Shown here one piece after another: positions 1 to 13,899 of a stretch of DNA of 64,000 nucleotides. The notes below the pieces were generated by a model. That model was not told where the DNA came from, made no database searches, and worked only from the letters and a program-made list of their open reading frames with translations. How positions within the stretch are numbered: the stretch's first letter is position 1; each line of letters begins with the position of its first letter. Source of the DNA: Lytechinus pictus (lineage: Eukaryota); assembly GCF_037042905.1 (NCBI RefSeq), contig NC_087250.1, positions 5,520,001-5,584,000 on the forward strand, written 5' to 3'. The position numbers were made by a program, and so were the translations under genes.

Positions 1-424
1 AGACAAATAATACCCCTGATTTTATTTCAAACCAGTACCATAATTATCATTTCACTCCATTATTAAATCTCGTTTTTAATTTGTTACCAAAATGCTCATA
101 TTGCCAAAAGTTTGTAGGCAGCATATACCATCTACTTCGAAAAATTGGTCAAGTCATTTTTTTTTTCATTTTTATGTGATTGAAGACCATAACAAGGAAC
201 AGCTTCCAACTTGGTGACAAATTTCTAATGGTCACCATGACCATGTGAGGGATCAAAATCGGATCATAAGGTTGAATTTCTGAAAATGCCCCGATTTTGT
301 CGAGTGATACCTCAAATTGTTTGTCTTGTGACACTAAACAAAAACCCATACAAAACAGTATACTCTTGACCTCCCCTTAAAAGGTTTTGCCCGGAAGGTC
401 ATAAGGTAAACGAACTTCCATTAA

Positions 425-777
425 AGGTCAAGTCCACTCAGGAAAATTGTTGATTTGAATCAATAATCAATCAGGCCAAAATTTCATCAAAGTCGGATGC
501 GAAATAAGAAAGTCATGGCATTTTAAACCTTTGGCTTATTTTTTTCAAACCAGTTATATGCACATCTCAGGGATATGCAAATGGGAGTGGTGATGATGTC
601 CATCACTTACTATTTATTTTCTCTTTTTTTGGTATCATGTTTATTGTTTGAATTGTATTCTGTTTGATTTCTTACATAGTTCTTATTTTACGTCCGATTT
701 TGATAAAATTTTCTGTGCTAAGCTTTTTGATTTTTTCTTTTATTCGAAACATTCTTTTGTTGGGGTGGACTTGTCTT
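425..777. mobile_element. Kolobok-like MITE, family A
   Basis: TTAA|AGGTCAAGTCCAC ... GTGGACTTGTCTT|TTAA; interior similar to the copies at 7790 and 16471. Confidence 0.7.
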
Positions 778-2290
778 TTAAATTAATATGTTAAAAATCT
801 ATTTTGTTTCTGCCCCCCTTTTTGCATAGTATTTTTTTTTTTTTTAAGTGTCATCACCAGAGATCCTTATCCAGAAGAGATAAACGGTCGGGCCAAGGTA
901 ATGGGGGGGGGGGGGGGATTGAGCTTTTTGGGGTTAATATTGATGAATAAGGGCGATGTGTATTGTTTTATTTTAGGTGTATATGCCCACAGTATACGTG
1001 TAACAGGACATAATAAGTTTACAGGATATTTTGGGGGGTTAAAACCAATCTTACATTGTGCAAATATGAAGTTGCTTGATTGCTTGTTATCTGGCCAACT
1101 CTACGCTTGATTATTGTGGTTTGTAATATCTGAATTGTTGCAAACACATGATGGATAGGTGTAGTAGCTTACGCAGAGTCAGAAACGTAATGTCAGTCAT
1201 CAGGAGTCAGATCTTGTCAAATGATTGTTATTATTGTTGTTGGCATGAGGTTTGTCAAACATGTGGCATGAGCATATGTAAGGTTGGTCATCTAGGTGCA
1301 TCAAAGTATACTCGTTTGATGCTGTTGGCATCGTTTATCTGCGCCATTGCTTATGGTAGACTTAACAATAATCTTGCATTCTCAGTTTACAATCTTCGGC
1401 ACCAGTCTTTGTAATATCTAGGATTCTTGCCCGGGGGGAGGGGGCACTTCCATTGACGATTGGATACCATGCGTGACCACGGGGTCTTGAAAAGTAACCT
1501 AAACACGTATTTCCATATCCTGAAAATGCACCCCTTAACAAGTATTGGAGTGTGAAACCCTTCCCTTAACAAGTATTGGAATCATAAGTATTCCCAGAAC
1601 TGAGCCCCTAAACAAGTTCAGCGATGTATTTTCCATATTTTGAAAATGCACCCCTTAACAAGTATTGAAAACAAAACGAAACTCGCAAAGTAAAGTAAAC
1701 ACGCCATGATCATGATGATGTTGGGCCTATGACCAAAGCCAAGGGTGAACATGGAGAAAAAAGGGAGATGACTATAGAGAGGGAGAGGGGACATACAGCT
1801 ACAAGACAGAGAAAGCATGAATGCTCGTAAGCAAGCAACCAGAGGCACGCTAAAAGCGACAGATACAATTGGATAGTATTATCCTGAAATATAATAAACT
1901 CCTCAAAAAAGTTTGGAAATCTGACTTTGACCGATAATCCCTCCTCGATATTAGTGAATATTAATATGTGATTGATAAAACAAGATATATAATTTAATAC
2001 CCTTTAACATGATAGCCTACATGATATGATTATGGTTCACATGGAGGTGCATTGCCCTGAAAAGTGGGGCAAGGTCAAAATTCAAAAGTTGCAAAATGAC
2101 ACAATATTGAAAGTCACTGTTCATTTTTTTCCATGGTGATGAGTGAGTATCTCATCGGTTAATTTTGTTTTAATGCACCTTAAACATAAAAAATGGCATG
2201 GAATCAAACACATAACAAACAAACATGCATGGGCATTTCAAACCATGTTATCTCACAGAACCATCACTACATAAACCACAACAAAACATA

Positions 2291-4562
2291 AACAAGTGGA
2301 ACGCCTCTGGCAGTCTCGCCTGCATTAGGCGATTCGATATAGCGGCAGTGCTGGCTTTGAAAACAGCTATTACATAATTATTCACAAAAGAATACTATGT
2401 CCATAGACCCAACATGACCTTTGACCATGATCATGTGACCTAAGACAAGTGCAAAACAATCATTTATACTTGATTACCCTTATGTCTATGTTTCATGAAC
2501 TACATGTGTAGATCCATACACTTTCCAAGTTTTGATGCAAATTCAACAAATACCCCAAACATGACCAAAGTTCATTGACCCTAAATTACCTTTGATTTTG
2601 GTCATGTGACCAGAAGCAAGCACAAGATATTCAGGGATACATGGTTAATCTTATGGCTCAAGTTTTATGAACTAGATCTATAAAAGTTATGATAATTCCA
2701 CCAATACCCCCAACATTATCTAATTTCGTTGACCCTAAATGACCTTTGACCTAAATCATGTGACATGAAACTTGCGCAAGATGTTCAGGGATACTTAATT
2801 GCTCTTAGGTCTAAGTTTCATGAACTAGATCCATAAAATGTCAAAGTTATGATGACAATTCTACAAATACCCACAACATGGTCAAAGTTCGTTGACCCTA
2901 AGTGACCTTTGACCTTGGTCATGTGACCTGAAACTCAGGCAGCATCCTCAGTGATACACTATCAACTTTATGTTCAAGTTCCATGAACTAGGTCTATATA
3001 CTTTAGAAGTTATGATGACATTTCAAAAACTTAACCTTGGTCAAGATTTCGATATTGATTCCCCAAACATGGTCTAAGTTCATTGACCCTAAATGACCCT
3101 TGACCTTAGTCATGTGTCCTGAAACTAAGGCAGTGTGTTCAGTAATACTTGATTACCCTTCTGTCCAAGTTTCATGAACTAGGTCCATATACTTTTTAAG
3201 TTATGATGACATTTTAAAACTTTAACCTTTGTTAAGATTTCAATGTTGACGACGCCGCCGTCGCCGCCGCCGCCGCCGCCGCACAGTGGGCCAGAATGAG
3301 TTGAAAGTGCGCCAAAATTATATTCCGTGTTAGATTTTTACTTTAACATGTTGTTTTTGGGTAATTTTTGGCGTAGAATCGACTGAACATAATCTAAAGC
3401 CGATATGACGTCACCTTGATACAAAATTTGGATTGGCTGCTTAAAACCTATTTGTGAAAAGACAAATTACGCTAAACAATATGTGGTATATAAATTTTGT
3501 GTTATGTGCTACTTTATGATTGACCAGAGTGAATGTTGGTTTATGCTTTTCACATGCCTAAAAGGTGTGTATGATATGCCGAAAATAATTATATGGCATC
3601 AAAATGATCATTAATTAGATTTATAAAAAAAAACTTTAAAATCTGAAAAATATTAACCGCGCTTAATCAAGCTGTGTTGACTTGTGTAAAACGCAGAGTA
3701 TATAACACCACGAATGTATCACTATGACGAGGGTTTTTGGCTGAAATTATTCTACAAGTAAGTTTAACTCTAGAAGAGTTGTGGATATAGCCCTTATTTG
3801 CGTTAGCAACCTTTATTTTGTTTATTATGCCCGGAATTCATGTCATTTTCATGGAATAGAAGGGGAATTGTCCTCGCCGTGCAAAAGCGAACGGCAATGT
3901 ACACCCATAGGGTGCGCTACAATGACTGCGCGGTATAAAAATGACCGTTTTTTAACAGGTTTTTGGGGTGTTGTGTCAATTAAAATCGGCTCTAACATGA
4001 CAACGGGCAAAAACGGGCAGCTAAATTTGGTATCGACTTAAAGCTTAGACATCGGGAAAAATGATGCTTATAGAATGTAGACGGAAATCCACGGAGATCT
4101 AAACGTTTCTAATGTAAATGCAAAAAACATGGATTTTCAGCCTATTTCGAGAAATAATCATCCTATAAACCGCCTGAAAAGTGTCTTTTATCTACTTTGA
4201 ACCCTTTCCTACGAAAAAAGAATATTTCAGGATTATGTTGGAGCCATTTTAGATTCCTACATGAAAAACCTCCTGTGAAATGGCATGTTTTTCAACTAGG
4301 TTATCATATACGCGAAATTTCGCAAAATGTCACATTTTACGATTTGAGGTAGGGAATTAACAACCTTTATGCAAATTCCGGAATGAAATATTTTGCTGAA
4401 GTATTCTTCAAAACGTTGTCTTTCAGCTAGGCATAACAAAAATTAAAAATCTGAAATTGCCCAAAATGACTTTTGGCGCACTTTTGTTTCGCCCCGGCCC
4501 ACTGTGCGCCGTCGGAAAAGCGGCGCCTATAGTTTCGCTCTGCTATGCAGGCGAGACAAAAA
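2291..4562 (-). mobile_element. Helentron-associated non-autonomous element (HINE/DINE-1-like)
   Basis: Minus strand reads T-run, 13-bp subterminal IR (4545-4557 pairs with GTCTCGCCTGCAT at 2313-2325), 5' hairpin, (GGC)n microsatellite, tandem 'tgacctttgacc' units, then a short 3' hairpin and CTTGTT. Confidence 0.6.
3282..4506. mobile_element. Non-autonomous Transib-type DNA transposon
   Basis: CACAGTGGGCC...GGCCCACTGTG termini; 5-bp GC-rich TSD CGCCG at 3277-3281 and 4507-4511. Confidence 0.85.
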
Positions 4563-5120
4563 TGAAGAAGCAGGGGTTTGATTTGAGTGGATTTTCATCT
4601 CGAGTGACGCAGACAAAATAATAATGTTTGTTATTGACCATTTATGACTATTTCTGCTCGTTTTGCAGCTTTTCAATTCAGACCTCATCCAACACTTTTG
4701 AATCCTACTCTTTTCGTGATGGCATGATCATAACAAGCATGGTTCCATTTTAAAGAAAATCAATTGATCTTTTGAATGATATCAAATAAGCATTGTGTAA
4801 AATTGGGAGTTGGGAGAAATGAATGGCCAAACTCAGATTCCTAACTTTTTGAGGGGTTTATTGTTCTTAAGAATAAACTTTAAAAAATGCTCCTCTGTCT
4901 TTCTTTCAAAGACTAATAAATTGAAATTAAATTGAATTAAATTCTTAAAGTCGGAAACTCGAAAAGAGTTGGTTTTACTTGAAACATCGTGAAGATGGTA
5001 TGATTTTAAGGGCATGATTTGCTGCAAGGGTGTGTCAAGTCATTTCGAGATATTCCTGCTATACAGAATGTATACTCCATGTATTCGACGTCTATCTCTG
5101 TTTATATATTTTATTCTTAA

Positions 5121-5715
5121 AGGGGAATCCAACCCAAATAAAAACTTGTTTTTATAAGGAAAAGACAAATCAGACAAGTTGATAGGTGAAAGTTTGAACA
5201 ATATTGGACAAACAACAAGAAAGTTATACATTTTTAAAAGTTGTAAATATTGGTAATCACTATACCCATGGAGACTTCAAATTGGCCGCATATGGGATGG
5301 CATAGTGATGTAAGGCAAGGACTACTCTTGGATGTACTCCAATACATACTATGGCTAAAATGTAATTTTTCACAAAAGTTTTATTTTAAGTTATATTTTT
5401 CTTTCATGGGGACATAAAACAGTATACTACCTGGGTTATATTTAGATTACTGTCCCCAGGGGAATGGGTACTTAGGAGAAAACCACAAATCCCTGATAAT
5501 AAAGTACATGGCCTATGGGAAAGTTGTCCTTGCCCCTTGTCATAATTTACTTACCCAGTTGCCAATTTGAAATCTACATATTATTAGTGATCTCAAATAT
5601 AAAGCAGCTATAACTTTCTTATTGCTTGACCGATTTCTTTCAAACTTTCACCATTCTGTTTAATTTAGTTTCTCCTTCCCAACACAATATTTTATGGCCA
5701 AGGCTGGATTCCCCT
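5121..5715. mobile_element. Kolobok-like MITE, family B
   Basis: TTAA|AGGGGAATCCA ... TGGATTCCCCT|TTAA. Confidence 0.75.
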
Positions 5716-7789
5716 TTAAATGAGCTTATTTGACCTACTTTTTTTACAAATGGATAAGGGAGACTTTTCAAAAAGAAAAGGACCCACGAAAAATTAGGAT
5801 TTCTAAGATAATAATTGCTTTGAGTGCATTTTGCCTTCCAATCTATGTTCGTTGACCTTTTGACCTTTCATTGACTTTGCCTTGACCCTTTTATTATCTG
5901 GATAAGGACTTCTAAAGATTTACTTATCAAAATTGAAAATAAAAATGTACACACAGCAAAAAATATAAACGAAAAAATTAGCTTTCTTAACATTTAAAGT
6001 GTAATTTGCCAGTTCATTGTCCTTTTTGACGTTTCCGATCATAACCTTTTAACGGGAGTTCAAGGGTATATGGTTTTGTACACTTTTTTGTTAAGTATAA
6101 TACAACAAATGATTTGACGTGTCACTTGGCAAGTCCTTCCGTTCAGATAATTTTATCCTCAATATTTGTTATGAAATGTTATAGAACTGTATGTATTATT
6201 TTGAACATGTATTTACACTTTACTTGGATTATATCTTTTGTTTGAACGGAAATAAATAAATAAATATAAATCTAAATCTAAGGGCATTTTGAAATATTGA
6301 GCCCATAGACCCCTAACATGGTCAAGATGACCATAAGAAATGTATCACCAAGTTGAAAGTTGTTCAAGGTGATGTCACCAATCACATAAAAGTGAAAAAA
6401 TCAGACTTGTCTAATTTGTCGAAGTAGCAGGTAAATCATGACACATGCCTGACTTAACGTTATGACTGCACATTCTGATAATGGTCCAGGAACAAATGAT
6501 TTTGTGGGTCAACCCGCTCTTACTAATTGCAAATTGTTTTTTACCTCAACATGCTCAATGCCTTTCCTTGAACTCCCCAAAATGACATATTGAAAGTCCA
6601 GAAAAATCTTAATAGTAAAAAGACATCTAATTTGTATAAATCCTAATGGCTGAATTGTTCTGTTGTTTCTTTTTGATATGTTATCTTTTATTTTTTAATA
6701 TTCCTTCTTTAACCAAATTTTCAACCGAAGTATATGGGAGAGCGTGTATTTGTTATTTAATACATTTCATTGTGTGCTACAATGGTTATGGTGCCTTTGA
6801 ACAGTGGAGTACAGATGGGTGGTGGCTCGGGGTGTTCCCCCAATAAAAAAAAGTGGAAAAGAAATAAAAGGAAATATGCAAAGTGAAATATAATTTATTT
6901 TCTGAATATTATGTCAAAATCTATCACAACATTTGATATTTTGATTTAAAAAGTTGAAATTTTTTCCTGCTCGCTTCGCTCGCTCACATCCTTTTAATAT
7001 ATTTTATCCGATCTGCCATATCTAGCTTTTTCAAAATTGACTTTAATACACCATTGCCATCGAAAGACATGAAATATTTTCTGCTTGTCCTGTCAAGCAC
7101 ATAGTTAAACTTGGTCAAGGAATTAATAACCCCTTCAAAATAGGATTCATGTTTTTAAGGTACCATGACATAACTCGTTTCACACAAGAAGGATTTGAAT
7201 AAACACAAGTTCTCCCAATTAATAATGCAAATCTTCTTGCTTGGGTTGACAAAAGTCTTCTTTTCTTACTTATGAAGGAAAATTCAAAGGTAAAATAGTT
7301 TTGAATGAAAAACAAAATAATTCAAATGAATAAATAAATTTTGTAAATGAAATTTGAAAATTTGACAGCATAATTCGAAAATCATGGCAAAGAAATGAAA
7401 AGGTTAAGAGGAAGTCTGCTGATTAGCAAGAAGTCTGATCATCAAATTTCTAATTTCTGCCATTTTGGCGCAAGCCTCTTTTTAAAACCCCCACAAAAAC
7501 GCCCCGCGTTTGCTCAAGCATGAACAAAATTGCTTTTTTTAAATGGCATTTCAAAGATAGGATTTCAGAGCATCTATGAATATCAAAATACATATATCAT
7601 AATTTAAAACAAATTTTGTATAGACTTTTCAAAACTCTCCCGTTCTTTTTTTTATACGCACTGTATAAAGTCAACATATTGTTCGATCCTTTCGCTCGCT
7701 CGTGACTTTTTAATGTTTCCCTTTACTCTCCTACTAAATGTATACTAATGTATATAATATCCCCCCATCTTTAACTGAAAAGAAAATAA

Positions 7790-8347
7790 ATGACAAGTCC
7801 AGCCCAACATAAGGTATTTTTTTTAATAAAAAGGGAAATATCCAACAAGCAGAACACTGAAAATTTCATCGAAATCGGATGTAAAATAAGAAAGTTATGA
7901 CATTTTAAAGTTTTGGTTAATTTCAGAAAATAGTTATATAGCACATCCTGATCGGTATGCAAATGTTGAGACTAAAGCCGTCACTCACTCACTATTTCTT
8001 TTGTATTTTATCATATGAATTAACAATTAATTTCTCCCTGAACATGTGGAATTAGTATTGTTTGATATTATATGGTTCAAGCAAGTAAAAAAATATGAAG
8101 AAATTAAAAAACAAAAATGAAATATTGCATAATTCAAACAATAAAACAATATAAAAATAGTGAGGGGCATCATCGACTGTCTCATTTGAGTTGTACATAT
8201 CACTATTTTGTGACAAATAAGAAAAACTATAAAATGTCACAATCTTTTATTATTTCACATCCTATTTCATAAGATTTTCAGCGTTTTGCTAGTTTTATTT
8301 TTCTCTATTTATTCAAATCAAAATTTTTTCCGGGGTGGACTTGACCT
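7790..8347. mobile_element. Kolobok-like MITE, family A (opposite orientation)
   Basis: Degenerate left TIR atgacaagtcca; right end GTGGACTTGACCT|TTAA; shared 'aaatttcatcgaaatcggatgtaaaataagaaagttatgacatttt' core. Confidence 0.7.
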
Positions 8348-8426
8348 TTAAATATAATTAACAGAGAAAAATATTTGCATCGGTTGCCACCCCCCCCCCC
8401 CCCCCCCGGATACAACCCATTCTCAC

Positions 8427-8606
8427 CGTTACAACTTGGAACATTAGGACGGAGTTTTCCATCGTCTTGGCAAATTGTTGTGAATGTCTGTGATTGTGTA
8501 TTGGAAAAACCAGCATTACACCTCACAATGAGCGATTCGCCTTCGAGAATGGGCGGATCCAACGAAGTAGCATCTGAGTTAGCAAGTATAGGCCGGCTGC
8601 ATTGGT
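8427..8606 (-). CDS. Sushi/CCP exon 9 in window (3'-most found) of a multi-Sushi host gene
   Basis: tttctcatAG|...|GTgaga splice sites; 180 nt, phase 1-1; DQCSRPILANSD...VRCNAGFSN...ICQDDGKLRPNVPSCN has the 4-Cys CCP spacing. Confidence 0.85.
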
Positions 8607-8809
8607 CTATGAGAAAGGTAAGGAATGTGTTGCAGAATATAATTCATCATTATTGTATCATTTACAAGTGTAAGAGTAGTTATTACAATATAGAATTATA
8701 TTTGTCATGCATGCCATGGTCAATGGTGAAAAATCCCCACATACGTATACGTGTATGATATACATATGTATATATATATATATGTATATATATATATACA
8801 TATATATAT

Positions 8810-9638
8810 GAAGAGTTTAAAGAGTTTAGTTGCAAAAGGGGAAAGGTCCACTTAGGACCATTCCTAGAAAAAAAAATTTTTATTCTCACTTATTGCAATA
8901 TTCTTATGAGAAACTAAACTGTCATGATGTACTACCCTATCATGTGAACATAAAATTGGGCATAAAATAAATTTACCCGACTTCAATTTTTTTCTATATA
9001 TTAAAAAAAAAACATTATTATTGTGGACCTAACCCCTTTTGCAAATAAACTGAAATGAATCCAATCTCTTTTGATTAAAAAAGAGATTTTTCTTTGCCAC
9101 TTTTATTCACGTTTTCATTTGAATTTCAAATTGTCTTTGGTATCATCAGAGTGACTAAAAATTTAGAGGTTTAAGAGACAGAAAACAATAAAATTTATGA
9201 AAAATGGACTTAACCCCTTTTGACAAATGAGTTCTTCAGAAGAGTTTAGTTGCAAAAGGGGTTAAGTCTACTCAAAGAAAATCATTTTTTTTAATCTCCC
9301 ATATTGCAATATTCTTATGCGAATCTGAATTTTCATGATACCCTACCATGAGAACATGAAATTGGGTATAAGAGAAATCTATTTGTCTTCATATTTTTAA
9401 AGATATTCTTAAAAAGAAATTATGTGTGGACCTAACCCCTTTTGCAACTAAAGTGAGATGGACCTAACCCCTTTTGAAAGAAAAGTGATTTTTCTTTGCC
9501 ATTTTAGTTCACTTTTTGATAGGAATTTAAACTTTTCTTTGGTATCATCTTATAGAGCTACTAAAAATCTATACAGTAAGACATAAAAATCAAATTTGAT
9601 GAAAAATGGACCTAACCCCTTTTGCAAGTGAGCTCTTC
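8810..9638. mobile_element. Head-to-tail dimer of a MITE inserted in (TA)n
   Basis: Two ~400-430-bp units (8810-9237 and 9239-9638), each GAAGAGTTT...TTGCAAAAGGGG ... CCCCTTTTG..TGAG(T/C)TCTTC; flanked by ATAT on both sides. Confidence 0.65.
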
Positions 9639-9645
9639 ATATCTA

Positions 9646-9697
<52 letters not shown>

Positions 9698-9704
<7 letters not shown>

Positions 9705-9809
9705 GAGGCAAAGTGGTAATGCATTGTACTTAGTTCCAACAGTTTATATTAAATTCCAAATAAACTGTTGGAACTAAGTACAATGCATTACCACTTTGCC
9801 TCATTAATA
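9698..9809. repeat. Perfect 50-bp hairpin with a 12-nt loop next to (TA)n
   Basis: 9698-9747 is the exact reverse complement of 9760-9809. Confidence 0.9.
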
Positions 9810-10222
9810 CCTTCTAAGTCCAACACGCGGAACGTAATATCGTCATATATATATATATATCCTTAGATGTGTAGATGCCGATGATTATGCAAAGTGCTCA
9901 ATGCTATATTATAGCAAAGCATAATCATACCTGCTGAGCATCTGCTACCGGCGGTTTCATCGGCATATATGCATCTAAGATCCGACCTTTTGTTAAGTGA
10001 GTTTCTGTTTCAGAAACTCACTAAACAAAAGGTCGGAACTGATTTCAAAATGCAGGCACCGAACGAGACCAAACCGGAGACCACCGAAGCATCAAATTGA
10101 CCCGCCACATCACTCAAATAGTCAATAACGTCAGTCTGCCCTGAACATGCTGAAGATCGCCTCAAGTTTGGGCGTGAAACCGCCGTTAGCAGACGTTCGA
10201 CATGTATGATATATATATATAT

Positions 10223-10295
<73 letters not shown>

Positions 10296-10380
10296 ATATA
10301 TAGCAATCATCCCCATCCCATTCATCTCCAACCGACAAGGGTTACATTTATACCAAATGAGTCTAAAATGAGTGTCTTAC

Positions 10381-10557
10381 TGTAGCATGACGGCAGGGAA
10401 GGGGAGAATATTCCGTGACTACAGACCGATGTTGATTTATACGATAATCCGTTTGAAAATCCTTGGTCACAAGTTACAGTTAAGGAGTGTCCATGACGAA
10501 TATTAGGGCCTGGTACAGCAGCGTCAGAATGTGGAATAGTGATTCGTCTACAGTTCG
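10381..10557 (-). CDS. Sushi/CCP exon 8
   Basis: ttttccAG|...|GTaaga; 177 nt, phase 1-1; ANCRRITIPHSD...VTCDQGFSNG...VCSHGIFSPSLPSCY. Confidence 0.88.
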
Positions 10558-10877
10558 CTGGAAAAAAAATCAACGGTTGTCTGAAAGTCACTCTTATCAC
10601 GATTATGAATCGCAGTAATTGCAAAGATTTAGACTTTTAGTCTTTTAGACCAGGCACATGGCCATAGTGACCAATTTATGAGGCGCCGAATGCACCAATA
10701 TTATATAGAACAATTATTTGTTATATAATCATTATTTATTAAATAATAACTATTATTTATATATAATTTACATTTTATTTGTAAATAACTACTATTATAT
10801 AAAATATCATTTCTAATTATTTATATATAATTCCAAGTAATACTTCATTATTTGTAAATAATAATAGTTCGACATTC

Positions 10878-11265
10878 CATTATTTATAAATAATGATTAT
10901 TTGTTTTTCATTATTTATAAATAATGATTATTTGTTTTTCATTATTTATAAATAATGATTATTTGTTTTTCATTATTTACAAATAATGATTATTTGTTTT
11001 TCATTATTTATAAATAATGATTATTTGTTTTTCATTATTTACAAATAATGATTATTTGTTTTTCATTATTTATAAATAATGATTATTTGTTTTTCATTAT
11101 TTATAAATAATGATTATTTGTTTTTCATTATTTACAAATAATGATTATTTGTTTTTCATTATTTATAAATAATGATTATTTGTTTTTCATTATATACAAA
11201 CAATGATTATTTGTTTCTCATTATTTATAAATAATGATTATTTGTTTCTCATTATTTATAAATAA
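10878..11265. repeat. 31-bp AT-rich minisatellite in the left arm of the palindrome
   Basis: Repeated TTATTTATAAATAATGATTATTTGTTTTTCA. Confidence 0.9.
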
Positions 11266-13899
11266 TTTGTTGAGTTTTCCATTATTTATAAATAATGATT
11301 ATTTGTTAAATAATGAAAAAGTCTACTTCATTATTTATGAATAATTTTTTCGAGTGCACCATTATTTTCATTATTTATAAATAATCATTATTTATAAATA
11401 ATGAAATATCTACTTCATTATTTGTAAATAATAATTTAGTTTCAATATCCCATTATTTATAAATAATCATTATTTATAAACAATTTTTACAGTTTGCCAT
11501 TATATACAAATAATCATTATTTATATACAAATAACCATTATTTATTAAATAATGCCATTATTTATTAAATAATGGAAAACTCGCTATAACATGCAAAAGT
11601 GGGACCGCCCATGATATGAATATTCATGATGCGATTTCCTTTTTCGTGATTTTTCTTCACAAATTTTTGTCCATTTCCTCTTCATAATGACATTTCTTGA
11701 AGCAATTTTCTAGGGATATGGTCTGATTGTGATATTCTTCATTTTCTATATAACTTCGTCTTCGTAGAAATATCAAAAAGTGTAATTTTATACGATTTTT
11801 CCCACAGTTCACAATCCCCATAGGCGCGCGTGTATCGTAGGGACAACCGGTGAATCGACGGAGTGCTCTTCATCGAAATACTACGTTGGTTGGTCCCCGG
11901 AAGTGGCGGGCGGAATTTAGCCCGAATCCTCGATGGAAGTCGATCAAGTGCATATGAGCTGAGAGAGTGAAATATCAGTGTACTTGTACAGGCCCTTCTA
12001 CTTTTTATAAATATTTCTTGTTGCTTTTTTTGTTAAGTTAATTTTTCCTGGTGTAGAGATAAGTTTCAGTTCTAATGCAGTTCAAATACATTTTGGAGTG
12101 TCTGTTTGAGGCGTTTGGGGCGATTTCACCCTGGCCCCAAAATGCTCGCAACGACAATACGGGGGCATGATGACCCCTACATTTTTAAAAACTTATTTTT
12201 CTATTGAAAATTATCACAAAATTCACCAAAAGTGTGCACAAAAGCCTTCGTATTTCTCTTTTAAAACTCCAAAAAGTGCCCAAATGACAAGCTTGGTCGC
12301 TTCGCTGTGTCGCTTTCAACTTGAGAAAGTTTACGCGTCTGCTTCCCACCCCCCTCTGAAAGAAATTCTGTATACGGCCATGCTCTAAAGAGCCTGGCAC
12401 ATTGATTTATGTATACTTTATTTTCATTATTTTTATCTCATTATCATCATGGCCTTACGCAGAATTTTTTCCGGGGGGGGGGGTGGGGGGAGCAGGACGC
12501 GCGTAAACTTTCTCATAAAAATCTTGAAAAAGCGAAGCGACCAAGCTTGTCATTTGAGCTTGGTCGCGTCGCTGTCTCGCTTTCAAGATTTTTTTGAGAA
12601 ACTTTACGCGCGTCATGCTCCGGCCCCGGCCCCCCTGGAAAAAATTCTGCGTAAGGCCATGTTGATAATGAGATAAAAATAATGAAAATGAAAGTATACA
12701 TAAATCAATGTGCCATATGCTCTTTTGAGCATGGCCGTTCACAGAATTTCTTTCGGAGGAGGGGGGGGGGGGGAGAAGCAGACGCGTAAACTTTCTCAAG
12801 TTGAAAGCGACACAGCGAAGCGACCAAGCTTGTCATTTGGGCACTTTTTGGAGTTTTAAAAGTGAAATACGAAGGCTTTCGTGCACACTTTTGGTGAATT
12901 TTGTGATATTTTTCAATAGAAAAATAAGTTTTTAAAAATGTAGGGGTCATCATGCCCCCGTATTGTCGTTGCGAGCATTTTGGGGCCAGCTAGGTGAAAT
13001 CGCCCCAAACGCCTCAAACAGACACTCCAAAATGTATTTGAAGTGCATTATTAGAACTGAAACTTATCTCTACACCAGGAAAAATTAACTTAACAAAAAA
13101 AGCAACAAGAAATATTTATAAAAAGTAGAAGGGCCTGTACAAGTACACTGATATTTCACTCTCTCAGCTCATATGCACTTGATCGACTTCCATCGAGGAT
13201 TCGGGCTAAATTCCGCCCGCCACTTCCGGGGACCAACCAACGTAGTATTTCGATGAAGAGCACTCCGTCGATTCACCGGTTGTCCCTACGATACACGCGC
13301 GCCTATGGGGATTGTGAACTGTGGGAAAAATCGTATAAAATTACACTTTTTGATATTTCTACGAAGACGAAGTTATATAGAAAATGAAGAATATCACAAT
13401 CAGACCATATCCCTAGAAAATTGCTTCAAGAAATGTCATTATGAAGAGGAAATGGACAAAAATTTGTGAAGAAAAATCACGAAAAAGGAAATCGCATCAT
13501 GAATATTCATATCATGGGCGGTCCCACATTTGCATGTTATAGCGAGTTTTCCATTATTTAATAAATAATGGCATTATTTAATAAATAATGGTTATTTGTA
13601 TATAAATAATGATTATTTGTATATAATGGCAAACTGTAAAAATTGTTTATAAATAATGATTATTTATAAATAATGGGATATTGAAACTAAATTATTATTT
13701 ATAAATAATGAAGTAGATATTTCATTATTTAACAAATAATCTTTATTTATAAATAATGGAAAACTCGAACATTAAATAATGATTATTTATAAATAATGAG
13801 AATAATGGTGCACTCGAAAAAATTATTTATAAATAATGAAGTAGACGTTTTCATTATTTAACAAATAATCATTATTTATAAATAATGGAAAACTCAACA

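Larger units (their letters stand above)
125..6436. mobile_element. Old, diverged fold-back (long inverted repeat) element that hosts nested insertions; ends approximate
   Basis: Imperfect inverted matches ~125-300 vs ~6280-6436, ~865-900 vs ~5880-5910, ~1895-1935 vs ~4825-4860 and ~2050-2105 vs ~4655-4705. Confidence 0.5.

Noticed and set aside
6541..6600. Possible further minus-strand exon of the Sushi gene
   Set aside because: A donor-like site is present, but there is no Cys pattern or convincing acceptor, and the phase-1 frame contains stops
10878..11265. Regular 31-bp repeats as a CRISPR array
   Set aside because: Units are contiguous with no unique spacers, there are no cas genes, and the context is a eukaryotic intron; this is a minisatellite
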